58,430 nucleotides of DNA, filler included, from Dirinaria sp. TL-2023a (GCA_051941275.1; 8 parts of 8 records of this genome joined end to end with filler, not necessarily neighbours in it), one strand, 5' to 3'; positions 36,610 to 51,125 are shown, counted from the first letter of the whole stretch. Notes: generated by a model not told the origin, from the sequence alone. Made by a program: numbers and translations.

Positions 36610-37993
36610 GGACATGCACTTCATCCGGCTTCCAGCCCAGGTATTGCGTGAAGATGCGCAGCGTGAACGCCTCGAGCCCCTCCTCGATCTGCACCAGGTT
36701 CCAGCTGCCGACGGTTTTCTGGATCACAGGTCACGAACGTCAGCTGATCACTTGTGGCTTTCTTCCGAAAGCTTTATACCAACACCAGACATACCAGGTG
36801 AGGATCCTTCGGCCACGGCCCGATGGGAATCCGGAATTTTTGGGCCACGATTCCCGTGTACCCGGCTTTCTCCATCATATCTGGTATTTTGTGGCCTGGG
36901 TTGGGATCCCGTCCGAAATCCGCTATCGCCTGCAACAGTGTCGTGATCCACTTGCTCATCGCGACACCCTCCTTCAGTGTGTCGTCCTCGGAGTAGTAGT
37001 CGATGTCAAAGTCCTGGAACTCGCTCCAACCGCCTGGGTTGGTGAACTTGAAGGCTTGGTCGACGAACTTCTGCCAGTCGATCACGGTCGCTGCCATGTA
37101 TCGGGCATGGACAAAGTCGAAGGGTTTTTCAAACGTCCAAGGCTGTTCGCAGTCGTCGATCTCAAACTTCACGTTCGCAGGGACCCTGTACCTGGATTAG
37201 TGGCACTGTATCCCTCCAGTAGAACGGGAGAAGGGGACGCACCAGCTTGGTTGCGTGGGACTGATGTCGGTGCCGATGATTTCCGTGTTGGGGTACTCGT
37301 CGCCGACATCAATCGCCCAAATGCCGGTTCCGGTGCCGACGTCGAGAATGCGACCCGGTTTATCTCCGATGGGGGCAAAGAAGAGCTTGCCGTTCATGGT
37401 CAGACGAATCATGCCGTGGGTGAGATCGAGGCGATCGAGTTCGCTCTGGTAATCTGGTCAGTCTGTGCCTTCCGTACACGGAGTGCATCACAGACATCAT
37501 CGTTGGGCATAATGTAAGCTACCGGTCAAGTAAGCACGTTGGTATCGAGATCCATAGAGGGTACTAGTCTCACATCCATCCTTGAAGCTGCGAGACCGTC
37601 AACAGAGTTCAACTGACTCGTAGTTCCGCATAGTCAGGAGTAGTAGATCACTCACGCATGATATCTACAATGGTCAATGGGTCAGCCTAGCCGTTGCGCC
37701 AAAGGAGGGATATATAGCCTACCGGCGTCCATTCTCGAAGGGGTAGTTCTCGATGCTGCTCGTCAATGACGCGGTGTACTTGGATCTGGAGAACAGTCAA
37801 AAGGGCCCGGCCTCCGCAAGGCAGGGCTGTTGCTCTTACACTTCGTCGCCCAAGGTCGAATCCGAATCACCAGTGCCGATCTAGTCGATTGTCGGAGTGA
37901 TTAGCTTCCCCAGCTCTACCGGCACAGGGTCACCAGAGGCTGCATGCTCACATCGGGATCCGCCTCAATCCTAGGCTCATCTGTCGAAGCCAT
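36610..37993 (-). CDS. SAM-dependent methyltransferase, LaeA-like/TAM family (many short exons, 3' truncated)
   Basis: YPFENGRR, ELDRLDLTH, RILDVGTGTGIWAIDVGDEYP, IIGTDISPTQPSW|VPANVKFEIDDCE, FDFVHARY, PGGWSEFQD, IPIGPWPKDP. Confidence 0.93.
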
Positions 37994-39478
37994 ATTGTGG
38001 GAATTGCTCTAGGAGTGCAGAGGTGGATAGGGTGGATTGGAGAGGGAAGAATTGTTTCGATGAGAGCGTGCGTGGAGGGTAAAGTAAAGTAATTGAGGTG
38101 GTGTAAGTAAGTGTTAGTGAGCGTTGGATGAACCGAATTGGGTTTCCCTTTCAAGCTTTGTGTCAAGTAGCTGCGACAGGGATTCGACGGGCTGCCCCTC
38201 CATAGAACATGTACTATACCTTCCACAACCCCACGCGAGCCAATCAAACCTTCATCATGATTGGCGGAAGAAGTGAAGTGAATTGGGGATTCTCGCGTAG
38301 CCACATTTGGTGGGAAGAAGCTGGTGAAGAGGGCCAGGGTCAAGGATCGAGATCAACCAATCGGGCCCGGCAGTTGAGAGGTTGATGAATCACACTCGTG
38401 CATTGATGGGAATCCCAGCTCGACTGGATCTGGCAGCGTGCATTGCTCTAATGCTGCGCGTCAGCAGAGCTAAAGTGTGATGAGATAAGTAACCTCGTAA
38501 TCTAAGGCAAGTGAATGTTGGAAAAGGGTCCAGAAGCAGCCCGGCGCCTATCGGCCCGCATCCGTCTCGCTTCTTTCGCCGATGCTCCCCCCGAAAAGCT
38601 TCGGTTCTCTTGCTTCTCAATACCCTGATTGAACCCTACCTTACTAGATCTCTCCTTCGTTCACGCCGTCTCCACTCTCTACTGCACAGTCTCCAGAACA
38701 GAGAATCTATTTCAACAAAGCTACGTATGTGATAAAAGCGATGAGACATGGCGCTTAACTTAAGGATAAAACCCGAGGGACGACAGAATCTCAGATCAAG
38801 ATAAAGGATTGGATAGAACAGGATCAAAAATCAACGATCTTGGATGTTGAATGAAAGCCGGAGGCTGGCCTGATCAGGAGAGTACGGAGCGGAATGAGAA
38901 AGAACAGAAGGAAAGGAAATGTGGAATTATCTAAGGAACCGGGAGTAGTAGTGTGTGTGCCCAGCAAACGCCTTCATTTCTGACTTTGGAGTTTTTTTTT
39001 GCTGGTTTGTAGATTTGGTCGTCCGTACTTTAGTTTCCCGTCTTCATAGATCGTCTAGTCTCAGATCAGTCTAGCGCGGTTCTTGCGGGGCCTCTCGGAC
39101 GTTCAATATTATTATTATACTACTTCGAACGCCTACACATATTACCGTAAGTCTTTCTATACTGATCTTCTCCTGCAGCTATTCGGCTGAATCCATCCGA
39201 ATAATCCTCCTTACATTGGTGTGGGTCGACGACATCTACTCAAGCGAATGAAGAACACGTCAAAGTGCAGGAAAGATTGACATCACGGTATAGCAAGCAA
39301 CCTCTCTGTCACATAAATCTTTCCAATTGCATTTCGTTGCCATTGCCTTCGAAAATACAATCAGCACCACTATATCTCCATTTTTTCTGAGCATGCTGTT
39401 GTTACTCCAAGTACTTAGCATCTACCATACCTGTGAGCAGTGCAGGATCAAGAGCCGCCGGCGTCAGCGATAAAGGCT

Positions 39479-41753
39479 ATGCCAAAGCCAAGACAGAACC
39501 TTGTGCCAGCTGCTTGTAGCGTCTGTCGTAAGCAGAAAGTCAAGGTATGAGATGCGTATCTTCAGTGCAATCATAGCAATAATCAAGTCTCTGGCAGTGC
39601 TCTGGCGAAAGACCGGCATGCCGTCACTGCATCCGGCATCGCGTTCCATGCCATTATACCACCATTGCAGGCGAGACTGAATCACAGGCTGTCAATCGAA
39701 GATGTCATGAGTTACAGAGCCGAGTAACGATGCTTGAGGAGTTGTTCGAGCTTTTGAAGACTTTGCCGAACGAAGAAGCCCAAGCCGTCTTGCAACGAAT
39801 CAAATCTAATGGTGACATCAGCACAATTCTCAGCCATATCAAGGCCGGGGACCTTCTACTTCAGATGGCTGTGGTGCCTGAGACTCGCATGCGATATGAC
39901 TTTCCATATAGATCGGAAATGCCTGAGGATTGTTTTCCGAATAATCCTTATCTAGATTCACTCATCTACGAAGGGGCATCACTCGACTCTACGAAAAGGT
40001 TTCTGGGACGCTTGGGAAGCGCTTACACCAGCACTTCTGCAGATCCGCGTTCCGATGGGTACTCAAGTCCATATCTTAAGCCATTCCATGCAGCGGAGGT
40101 TGTCGACCCTCAACTCTCTCGTGTGAAAGTATCTTCGTGGACCACAGTGTGTCATGACGATGTACTCATGCAAAAGCTCCTGGCAGAATTCCTGCGTTGT
40201 GAATACCACTTTACTGCTGCCTTTCAGAAAGACCTTTTCTTAGAAGACATGGCTTTACAACGAGAAGACTTCTGCTCATCGCTACTTGTCAACATCATGC
40301 TTGGTTATGCCTGCGTATATGACTCCTGGACTCTCTGCGGCTAGTACATCTAACATATGTGTAGGTCTGCTATCCACGTTTTACGGATCGCGCAGAGTAT
40401 TGGAACCCCCATACGTTGTTATATAGCTTTATTGCTGAAGCAAAACGTCTCTGGGAGCTCGAACCCAATGTACCGCGGATCACCACAATACAAGCCGGCA
40501 TACTGTTTAATGTCTTCTATAATCTCTGCGGTTTGGACGAGCTTGGACAGGCGTACAGATTACAGGCCATAGCCTTAGCCCACAAGCTAAGGCTCTTTGA
40601 TAGTACCATCGACGAACATAGTAGGAGAATCTGTCAGGGCAGGGCGTTCACCGCGTGGGCTTTGTATAACTGGGAAAGGTAAGTCGGTCAAGTCTAAATC
40701 GACCGCTTACTAAAGGATCCAGTCTGGTCGGCTTCTCATTCCATTTCTCGCCACTATTGAAAAAGCCTCCGGAATGGCAATTACCAGACCCCTCGGATTT
40801 TGCACGATGGTATGGGGAAGTATGGGTACAATATCCTTTAAGTGGCTATCTTTTACCGTCATATTTTAGTCAAGTCTTCAAAGCAAGATGCGACTTTCGG
40901 ATCATCATGAATGATTTTTGTCAAGCAGCCTACTCGAAAGGCTCCGAAATAAACATTGACAAAGCTTATCAACTTCTGTCGCGGCTAAGAAGCTGGTTTG
41001 ATGACCTATCAGGCCCACTCCGGCCCACAACCATAGTACTTCCTGGACATTTACAGCTTCAGTAAGCATCCCTTCGACCCAACAATCCAATGCTGTAGAC
41101 ACAGAACAAGCGCTCTTGACATGAATTGTCGACTTGGAGTTGAGTTAACATGAGACGATGACAGCATGTATTACCATCATCTTATACTGACGCTTTTTAA
41201 ACCTTTAATGGACACGACAACGAGTTGGCAACCACCTCCTCAGCTGATTGTCGCCGATTCCACTAAATATATTCAGACTCTCGTCCGACTCTATTATCTC
41301 CGTCATGGATTTGAAGCCATGGATCTCTTCATTGTTATACCACTGATGCTTGCCGCTTCTGACTGCCTCGACGAGATCGACGAGCGAATGCCTATGCCAA
41401 AGCTTGAGGCTTTGAGATCTACTCTCTTTCTGGCCGCAAAGGGACTATACAACCAGCGTCGAAACCATTATCTAGCTCAAGCGCTGTTCCGAGTCATCCG
41501 GGGCCGAATGCGCCCGGCTGAAGTCGCTTTACTCAGAGGGTCAATGGATTTGAGAAAGGACGAGGAAGACGAGAGACGGGACATGGCGCAGCCCGTGCGC
41601 AGCCACTGGCCGGTCAATGTTGTTAAAAAGAAGGAAGATTCCGAGTCTCAGATTCTGACTAACCTTGTGGAAAGCTATGCCCACTTGAACATTGAGGGAG
41701 ACTCTGAGCCAGGGCCTATAGTGGTAGAGAAAGGGGGAGAGAAGAAAAACTAA
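39479..41753 (+). CDS. Zn(II)2Cys6 transcription factor with fungal-specific middle homology region (NirA-like family), multi-exon
   Basis: Spliced ACSVCRKQKVK|CSGERPACRHCIRHRVPCHY; FQKDLFLEDM...FCSSLLVN; FIAEAKRLWELE...TTIQAG; TAWALYNW; start approximate. Confidence 0.9.
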
Positions 41754-43819
41754 ACGACGACGCGGTCTTATAGCCTACCTAGACAATGGAGCCATCCCTC
41801 TTCGCAAAAAAAAAAAAAAAAAAAAAAAGCAGACACATGTCTACCAGTCTGCCCGTTTGAACCAAAAACTATTTGAGCATGTTCCTTGGACTCTGCTGCC
41901 GTCCTACCATCTTAGTCCTCATATAGGGGTAGGCCTACGGCGTGCGGTAGCGGATACTAGCGGGCAAAGTGGGCCTTCTTCTTCTTATTCTTCTTCTATC
42001 CCGAATCACTACTTGGCACTCGGCCTTTCTAGCTGCATCATGGGGTGCATCAAAAACGCTCGTGCCCATGCCTGCCCACAACCTTCACCTTCTTACCTGA
42101 GTATGTTTTGCCTCAATTATCAAGATCTCCCGACGGCCAATTGACCGGAGACTTGTCACCGTCCCACAGCGCTCCCAATATGTAAATCCTGATCAAGCAA
42201 TCTTGAACTCCAATAGTGCTTCATTTGCTGCAGTGTGTCAAGACTGCGCAGTTTGTCATCGATAGCCTGCCAAAAGACGATCACTGGTCAGATCCTTGTT
42301 CCCTCAAACCTATTCATATGTGCTTGACTATATATCGAAGTTCTCTTGGTGAATGCTCTTTTCGTCGCTTCAGCATCATCAGAGATCCTACACATGAAAG
42401 CGTTTTGATTAAGACCAACACTTCCTCTTTATTCTCTTCTTTCCTGATTTGTGAAGCTTATTTGAGAGCTTGTGTTTCGCCTTACTCGTCACATCGTTTT
42501 TGTTTGGCATAGATGTCAGCGCTGGTGCCAGGGTAATGAAGTAAGCTACCTATCTCACGACGAGCATCCAATACTACGTAGATATATGTGGAGGAGGGTA
42601 GAATCGCATAGATCTTCGTCATCGTCTATTTGGACATTCGAACTTGTATGCAATACAAACTTGATAAGAATAGCACGACCATCTAAGTCAATAAGTTTGA
42701 AAACAAGCATGAGTTCCTCCACTGTAAGATATGAGATTCAACAGCAGTGCTACATTTACGAAATCTTGAATAATGGGACGAATTCTAATTTTTTTTTTTT
42801 TCTGGGACATTGAAATAGACCCAAGTACCTCGCGTACTGAGATAGATTACGGATATGTCTTGGACCCTTTCTCTTTCCACTCCACCAAAAAATTCCGTTT
42901 CATAAGCCACTCACGACTCACTGCAGCGATGCCCTTGTACCTCGATGTTCGAGCTACGGTATTATGCAGTCGTTGAAAGGAATGGCTCCCGGCCTTAGAT
43001 ACCAAACTGGCAAACTAATTATAACGATCGTGTCTTCGTCCTAGCGTGATGACTCACAACGCCCCTAGACTCGAACCAAGCCCATCCACGTGGAAGATAG
43101 TTTATATCAGTATTAATTAGGCAGTAATGGATATTCGAAGAATATCCCTTTCCCTCTAAAGGAAAATAGTCACTCCCTTAAACTATCTCTCCCACCCCTA
43201 AAAATCATGAAATGTCCCACCCCCCGACCTCCCGCTTGGATATCGAGTATACATTACTTACTACCGTGCCGGGATATCTGTGTTCAGAGCGCGAGGTGTA
43301 CGGGTAAGGAAGGTAGATAGCTACGGCTACGATGCGCAGGCCGCTGGTTTGCGAGGGGAGATGCTGAAAAGAGGTTTGAGGATCGGGGATCGAGGTGCTT
43401 GATGCCTCTGTCACCTGTGGCGGCAAAAATGCATCAGATTTCCGAACAGCAATTGCGGAGCGATGATGAATGTGTCTGCCATGGCGATTTTGGGCCCTGA
43501 ATATACTCCTCCATGATCCCTCCTCCTCTTCGCCTTGTTAGCGCCGCGGGTGACGGTTGTGGATTGGGAGATACAGAGGCGTGGTTGTGGGCCCGTTCGC
43601 GGCCGAGGCGTATCTTCTTGATATTTTCCGTGGATTGATGAGAGTGTTTTCGGGATGGAGATGGGAGAGGGGGTTTTTTGAAGAGGATGGCGGTGCATAT
43701 ATATATGGATGTGCGATCTGGCGGTTTCGACTGCGAGGGTGCGGTGGGGTGATAGGAAGGTGATTTCACACGGGTATGAGGTTATGTAGAGGGCTGAGAG
43801 TGAGGAGTGGGGTTGGTTG

Positions 43820-43919
43820 NNNNNNNNNNNNNNNNNNNNNNNNNNNNNNNNNNNNNNNNNNNNTTAATTAATTAANNNNNNNNNNNNNNNNNNNNNNNNN
43901 NNNNNNNNNNNNNNNNNNN
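43820..43919. other. Artificial contig linker
   Basis: N44-TTAATTAATTAA-N44. Confidence 0.99.
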
Positions 43920-44618
43920 CTCCCCCAAAAAAACCCCCTCCCGGGCAAAGAAGGGATAGATAGCACGTGCAGCAAGCAACGCAAGAAGCCATGACGACAC
44001 ATATTTTCTTCAGCTCCGGAAGCTCCTCTTTCCAATCCCCCCTACTTGGGGGGAAAAGAAAAGTCGCTGATGATGGGCTTCATTATGTATAGTTTTCAAT
44101 CGGAGAGGGCTTTTTAAATGCATTTTGCTCCGGCTGATCCCCCTTCTTTTTTTTTTCTCTCTGGGAGGGTTTTCTGGGAAGGAACGGGATTGGTTTGGGG
44201 ATGTGTGTGGGTTGTGTGTGGGTTGGTTGGTTGGGTGGAGAAGGGGGAAAAGGAAGGCTCGATGATGATGAAGACAATTGTTGTCCAAAAGCCAAATTTG
44301 AGATATATATATATATGGGCAACCTGCTCTTTTTTGCGGTTCATGCAAGATGGGCACGGTTGTCTGTGAGAACTTTGAGAGCTGATCTGAGGGCCTTCTT
44401 TTGGGGGAAGATGGAGAGGGAATGGATCGTTTGGGGAGGTTGGTCGGGGCTATAAGCTTAGGTGAATACGACCAAAAATTTTTTAAAAGTATATATGGCT
44501 TACAAGTGTTATACATGCAATGATTATAGATCTATCAAAAAACCGGTACATACAATTCTCCTCCAAGCACCAAATTAGTCCCGAATCCGACATGCCTCCC
44601 AAATTTCAAACCACATCC

Positions 44619-45582
44619 TCAACCCTGCACAGCAGCAGCAGCATCAGCCTGCTGCAAATGCCACTGCATAACCTTCCGATAAATATCCTTCGCGCCAGTC
44701 TCAATCACGTCGCCATGGCAGGGTATAATCCTCTCAAACCCCCACCCATCAATCCTCTTAACACTCCTCGCAAAACCGACCCTATCGCCGGCGCTAGCGA
44801 CGTACCACAAAAACCTCTTCTGCCAGAGCGCCGTGCCCACGGTATTCTGCATGCCGATAAACAACCTGGTCAGAACCCCACCTCTCGGATCCTCGCCGCT
44901 GCGGCTATACTGTTCGTTCGCAGGCAGATTGAACATGAGATCGGCCTCGATCAACGTGCGATCCGGTTTGTGATAAAACACCAGCTCCTTGTTCGCATGG
45001 CTGTGGACGTACTCGACCTCGAACTCGGCGTCGAAGTCCGGGTCGACTTTCAGCTCGTTTTTATTCTGCGCCGTCCACGTGTGCGCGAAGTCGGTGCCGG
45101 CTTTGGCTCCTCCGGCTTTGTGGTGGTCGGATGACTTGGCGCGCTTTTCAGCCAGGCCCTCGACCCCGAGCAGTTTGGCGCCCGGGTACGCGGCCGCCCA
45201 GTCCGACAGGAAGATGTGGTGCTCGTAGTCGAGCGCCGAGAGGTAGCGCACGTCGTTCCCCAGCGCTTCCACCGTGGACTTGACTTCGGGCGTCAGAGCG
45301 ACGGGGGAGAAGACGGCCAGGGCGCCGGATTGGAGTCGCACTGTTTTTTATTATTGTTATTATTACTATTGTAAGCAGACGCGGTCTTTAAGTAATTGAT
45401 TCATTATGGCACTGGAGAGATAGGGAGAGGAGGGAAGAGGATCATATACCAATCGTCCCCCTCCCCCCGATCTTCAAGCGGCCGAAGCGCGCAAAGGGCG
45501 CCGAGCAGATGGTGATGTTGGGCGTGATCTGCCGGATCACCATCACCTTGGACGGGTCCGGGGGGATGAGTTTGGATGTCAT
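44619..45582 (-). CDS. DUF4336-like metallo-beta-lactamase-fold protein; one intron at about 45342-45449
   Basis: MTSKLIPPDPSKVMVIR...PFARFGRLKIGGRGTI|VRLQSGALAVFSPVALT, ALDYEHHIF, NKELVFYHKPDRTLIEADLMFNLP, FERIIPCHGDVIE. Confidence 0.85.
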
Positions 45583-46471
45583 TATTTTTTAGGAAAAGTG
45601 TTATTATGGCTGTTGGTTTTTTCCTATTGACTGTTGTTTTTCTATTGGTTGTTGTCTTTCTATTAGTTAGAAAATATTCCAATAAGGGGATCTTTCCAAA
45701 GCTAGAGTATATTGGAGGAGGAGGAAATATATGTAGTCATCTTGAACTCTTTGATACCTAAGTACATGCTGTAGTCAAAGATGACGCCATCAAAAAGCGC
45801 AAGACTAGGAAAATTGGACCTCGGCAACCTACATAAGAAGCTCGCGCCTCACGCTAATTACTTTTTATTCAAATCTAATCAAGCCACACAGTGTAAGCAC
45901 CGCCACCGGTCGGTACAGTATTGAGTGCTTGCTACCTCTTTAAGGTAAGACGCTTGTGCGAGAGCACCGGACAAAGTGCCAAATTAAGATACGACCCGAT
46001 GTTCTCACGTGCAAACGATACTCTCATGCAGGTGGTGTTTCGCTTTGTAAGTGCAGGATTTTTGGTTCATGAGTGTTATACCTCAGCTACATACCTAAAC
46101 AGCGATCTGTAGCAGCCGGAGAAGAAGGCGCGAAAAAGAACAAAACTTTTTTTTGCAAGCACTGTTGCGAATACATTGGGTATCGTGAAAGTAAGTTCAT
46201 CCGTAGACGCCTGCACTGAATCGAACGAGGATGTTGTTGTACATGTCATAAGTCCAGGTGCTTTTCCTCCATCAAACCAAGCTATAGCCATGTGCCAGTA
46301 GTTAGCATGCATGCATGCATGCATCGACCCATCCGTGTGTAGCGAATGCATACATACCACTTAGTGCTCCGTGACGAATCTTTGCGACACTCAAGCCTGC
46401 AGCCTGAAGCTGCAAATGTTCACCTACCGAGAGAAGATGACTTCGTTATATCCCAAACCGGCTTCTCAGCG

Positions 46472-49400
46472 TCAATACGGACCGGGGTCGAAACCGAACC
46501 AATCCTGCGATCTTCCAGCTTGGTATGCTTGGCTCAGCATCATTACATCCACGCCGTTCATCGTTAGGATCGGATCCTGAGCCAGAATCGGGTCAATGGG
46601 GCCTAAACGACTATCCGTCTGCACATCCAGTGGAAACGAATTGTCACCATGAGCCATGAAGTCCATAGGTTCCCAGATATCAGGATCGAAGCCTCGAGGA
46701 TCTTTTGACATATGCTCCGGCCAGGGTTGGAAAGAAGGCATGAAATTGGGGGACTGATGCTCCAGCGGCGCAGTCATGATGTCGTCTGTTGAACCGCCGA
46801 TTCTCGGTGCTACAAGCCTGAGAAGGCGGCTTAATTGGTCCCACGAAATTCGCGCAGCGCTACTCGTGGATGCCATCGACAGAAGCCAATTCATCCCCTT
46901 CTTTGCATCTTTCAGCATCTCTTCTGCCTCAGAAGGCATGTGTTTTGCTCGGAATGACATCTCAAGCATCAGCACAGTAACAGCACGTTTGATGTAGTAG
47001 GTAAGGGTCCACCATACTGGGCTCTGACGGATTGACTGAGGATTAGGCTCTGTGGGTAGTAAGGCGAGGACAGCCCGCGCTGAAGAAACGCAAAGACTAG
47101 CGTTGTCGTGATCCGCGTTGACAGATGACTCTGATTGGTGCGGTACAAGCCGGTCTCTGCTGCAGAGCGAGGGCCGATTGATAATCGTTCTCAAGCTGTT
47201 TGAAAGGATAGCGAGTGCCACCTTGAAGGATTCAACGCGAGGGTCTTTCGATGGAATGGTACTATTGAGCGCTGCAGGAAGTGTCATGTGCCATTGCGAG
47301 AGTTGCGCATTCAAGTTTGACACTCGAGCCTGAATCGCCGACCATTTCTCAAGTCGAATGTCCGGACTATAGAGGCTCTCTAGGACCCTTTGACCCAGAG
47401 CATTAAGTTCTAGGTAATAGAAGAAAAAGGTCGTGGTGATCGACTCGCTTGCCTTGTCGTATGGTCGGGGCCCGCACGTACTGGAAGAATGCGTTGATGT
47501 AGTCGAACTTGCCGGACGAGTTTGATGGCCGGCTGGAGACAACGTCTGCGAGCTTGTAGAGATGCCTTCCAGAGCGCCTTCGTCGGGTAGTGAAGGGGGG
47601 AGGGGTACTGGAGCACTGCAGTCTGTCGATTTGACCATTGCCGGCCGTCCGGTCACCAGACACAAGGTGCGTTCAAGCGAAACTATGGCGTACCACATTC
47701 TCACCCGAGTGAGCTTGTCCTCTTCCTTCAGCCCTTGGAGGTGGTTCTCTAAATGCATTCCTAGAGCTTGGGCACTGCGGATAGCTAGTCCAAGAACATT
47801 CCATGCTCTAAATTACCCCATCAGTAAAGACGAAGGGGCCCACTTGATAAAACCTACCGGTTGAGTTGATGGGTTGCAAGAAAATACATGGCTGACAATC
47901 CAAATGTCTCTATTTGGGCAGCGTACACTCGGTCTTCAAACAGCCCTGACTCAGTACCAAGGGACCGCGCCCGTGCAAAAAACAGGAGGTGATCCCGGTC
48001 ATGGCCTGCCCACTCGGCATGAGTAAGGTGAGCGTGGATGGCTCCTATAGCAAGGACTAATTGCAGAACAGGCACAAAAATTCTGAATCGAGACTCTGTG
48101 CGAGGTTCAACGCTGGCCACGTACTGCGAGTATTCATCCAAGAAAACATTTTGATCGAGGACCGGAAAAGACGGATGAATCGTTGCAAAGTAGATATCGA
48201 TGAGGGTATCGGTGGTTGGCTTGATAGGCAGGCCGTAAGGATCGATCTGATCCTCAGCGAATGAGTTGTCTATATCATATAGATATTCGTCTGGCTTACT
48301 CGTGTCTAAGCCGGCATGGTGGAGATCTGTTGGATTGATCTGTGTAGATTCTTGATTATTCCGCTGCTCGAACTTAGATATAGACTCCATTGGTTTCTTC
48401 GTGAGATTCGTTGTCAGCTTTTGCATCCATTGTAGATCAGAGGCTTGGCCTAGAAAGGGTTGTTCGCCTTCTGCGGAAACTGAATGCTGGAGATTGTCCG
48501 CATTCACATGATCAGTTGACCCCATCGAGCCGACACCTGAAGCTACAGACTCGCCGCCACTGTCGCTACCATGGTCAATTGCCGTACTTTGCCCGATTCT
48601 TTTTGATATCGAATCTTCTTTATGCTCAACTTCTGGAGGCTAAGGCTCGTTAGTGTTCGCTATGCCGATTCCTGTCCTACAGATTGTACACACCATCAGA
48701 AGCGCACGCTGTACAGCCGATTGCTGATCTTGGGAGAGATCAGAAACATTACGTAAAAGTAAGTTTTCGTACGCCGTGACCTTTTTCAAGAGTTGTTCAG
48801 TGAGCCTATGGTCCATTAGCAAAATGACTGTTTCATGTCTTGCCCTATCCATACTTCTTCTCTTTGCTCTTTTTTCCGTCCTCGTAATGGCACTCCATGT
48901 CTAAATCGCGGCAGTGTTTGCATGTAGGGCGCTCGCCGTTGCACTTCGACTTCCGAGATCTACAAGGCTCGCATGCCTGACTTACACGCGCGTTTCGATT
49001 TGTTGGGTTATTAGGGCTTACTACTGAAGGCCTGACACGGCTGATGGGTACACCAGTCTCCCGCCTTTTCGCACTCACACCCAAGCCTTCGACGTAGTTC
49101 ACGGAATTATCTGTAGTTCTGAAAGTTTGGCCGGGTAGAAGGCCTTCCTTGGATCGAGCATTCTGCGGCAGAGATGCACCAGAACTTCGTGAATCTTTCT
49201 CATCGTTTGAGTCAGGGGACGACGCGTGTTTGCTTTGTGCCTTGATGGCGACTTTTCTATTAGCTGGTGCCGTTTCAAATGCCTCCAGATATTTTGCGTA
49301 GTTGACGTAATTTTCAGTTTTCTTGTATGCCACCATTTCCTGCTTGTATTTCTCCCATGGTACTGCAGCTTTCTGCTTCCAAGAATCTTTGTCTGCCGGC

Positions 49401-49861
49401 GACATCGCCTGCCATCTCTCGCCTACCTGTCGCGATATATCGATGAAAGGTAGCGACTGGTCTTTCACCTCCTCGCGGACATGGTTCGAGAACAGGACAT
49501 AAGCAGAGTAGGGCCGTTGCGGAGCATTTTCGTCGGGTTTTGGACGGTGCCGGTATCCTCGCTTTCCGGAAGATTCCACTCGGGGTTCATTTTTCGACGA
49601 GATTGATGACGACGCTGGGTATGCCGAGTCGGAGACCGACTTGTTGATCGGAGACACGATTGGTGTGTCTCGCGCCAGCCGGCGCGTGTTTGCGATCTCT
49701 CTTTGGAGCTTTTCCTGATGGACCTCTTCCACATTCAAGGCGTTCAAATCTGCTTCGGTGATCTCGAGCAGCGTTTCCCATGAGTCAAAGCCGGCTTGAA
49801 CGAAGCGATCGTGGTATTGAGAGATGCCGAGCCAAGCCAGCGTTATCTCCAGATCAGCCAT
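46472..49861 (-). CDS. Multi-domain transcription factor: SAM, HMG box, Zn(II)2Cys6 and Fungal_trans domains (4 exons)
   Basis: LGISQYHDRFVQAGFDSWETLLEITEADLNALNV (SAM); PKPDENAPQRPYSAYVLF...VGERWQ (HMG); ACEPCRSRKSKCNGERPTCKHCRDLDMECHY; YFATIHPSFPVLD; RMWYAIVSLERTLCLVTGRP. Confidence 0.88.
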
Positions 49862-51125
49862 GTCAGCGACGCAGTTTGGCAAATTTTGGCTCCGACTCAG
49901 TCACTGCCAGAATGGTCTGCTCTCGCTCAATCGCTTCACACGGTTTCGCGCCTCTTATCAGATGTGGGGCTGGCAGAGCACCGAGCCTCGATGAAAGTTA
50001 TGCATAGAGACAAATGCCATAAGCTAAATACTGCGACCTGCGGAGCAATATGATTCGGGCAGCCGCAGGCTGACGATAGTTTAATGATAGTCTGCTATTT
50101 GAACTGTGTATCGGAGACTGATTGGTGCAACGTAAGAGCATTTGTCGCTGTCGCGTCCTCCTGTAATGGATTAGACGATAGTTTCCTGCAGATTTCCTTA
50201 GAGAAATCATAGGCTGGAGGGAGCCGTGACCAATCACATTCGACAGATACGAACGATGCCGGTGGTATGCGTATGGTAAGGTAAGGCTGCATTACCAGGG
50301 TTGGTATGCATCTTACCCTACACAGTATGGCTTGTACTACCATAGATTTCAGGGTCGCCCGCCTGGAAGGGAGGAAGGCTGAGCTCGGAGGTTGCTCCGG
50401 GGCACCCTTTACCTTTACATGAGGTAAAGCTTTGGGATTTTGTTCAGATACGGTAATGTACCTACCTTACCTTACTGTAGGTATTATTAGTATCGCGCAA
50501 CTGTTTTTAGAGCACAATAGACTGTCCGATGCTATTGCAGAAAAGTACTCCAATCGAGCGAAACAGAAATCCTATAAGCATGAAAATACTCCGGATTCAA
50601 ATCCAAGTGTTCTTTGGTAGCATCACAGTACGTTGAATCCAGCTCCTATCATTTGGAATAGCCAAATTACAGCCGAGCATTGTGTCGAGTCCAGCTGAAA
50701 GGCACCGGAGTCGAGGGAGTACACTGGAGGATAGATAGAAGTACTATGATACCTGATGTTTCCGACTTGGCGTCCTATTCTTGCCCTTTGGTTGCCATTT
50801 CCCTTGTTTCAACAGTGGTATGCGAACATCGAGTCTACTACTGTGCAGCGTGGTGTAGAGACTCTGTAGCTAGAGCGGGACAGATGTCCGAGGGGGCCCC
50901 TCGGGCCCCCTCGGCCGTTTGGTCACAGCAAAGAAGCGAGAAATGAATGATTGGCCGTCGGCTGGACGGAGAGAAGCGTCCGAACCAATTGCCATTTCCA
51001 ACAATCGCATCCCTCAGATCTTATCGTAATTCGGACGGATCTCCGGCACCTCAGATTTCTTGCCATCAGTGTCTGCAGCACTCGCCCGGCGTTGGTATTT
51101 CCCTGTTATCGAGGAGGGGTTTCGT

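Noticed and set aside
36648..37517. 289-aa plus-strand ORF, and similar ORFs at 15110-15625, 44520-45134 and 51309-51935
   Set aside because: Antisense to well-supported minus-strand genes with GC-rich codon usage.
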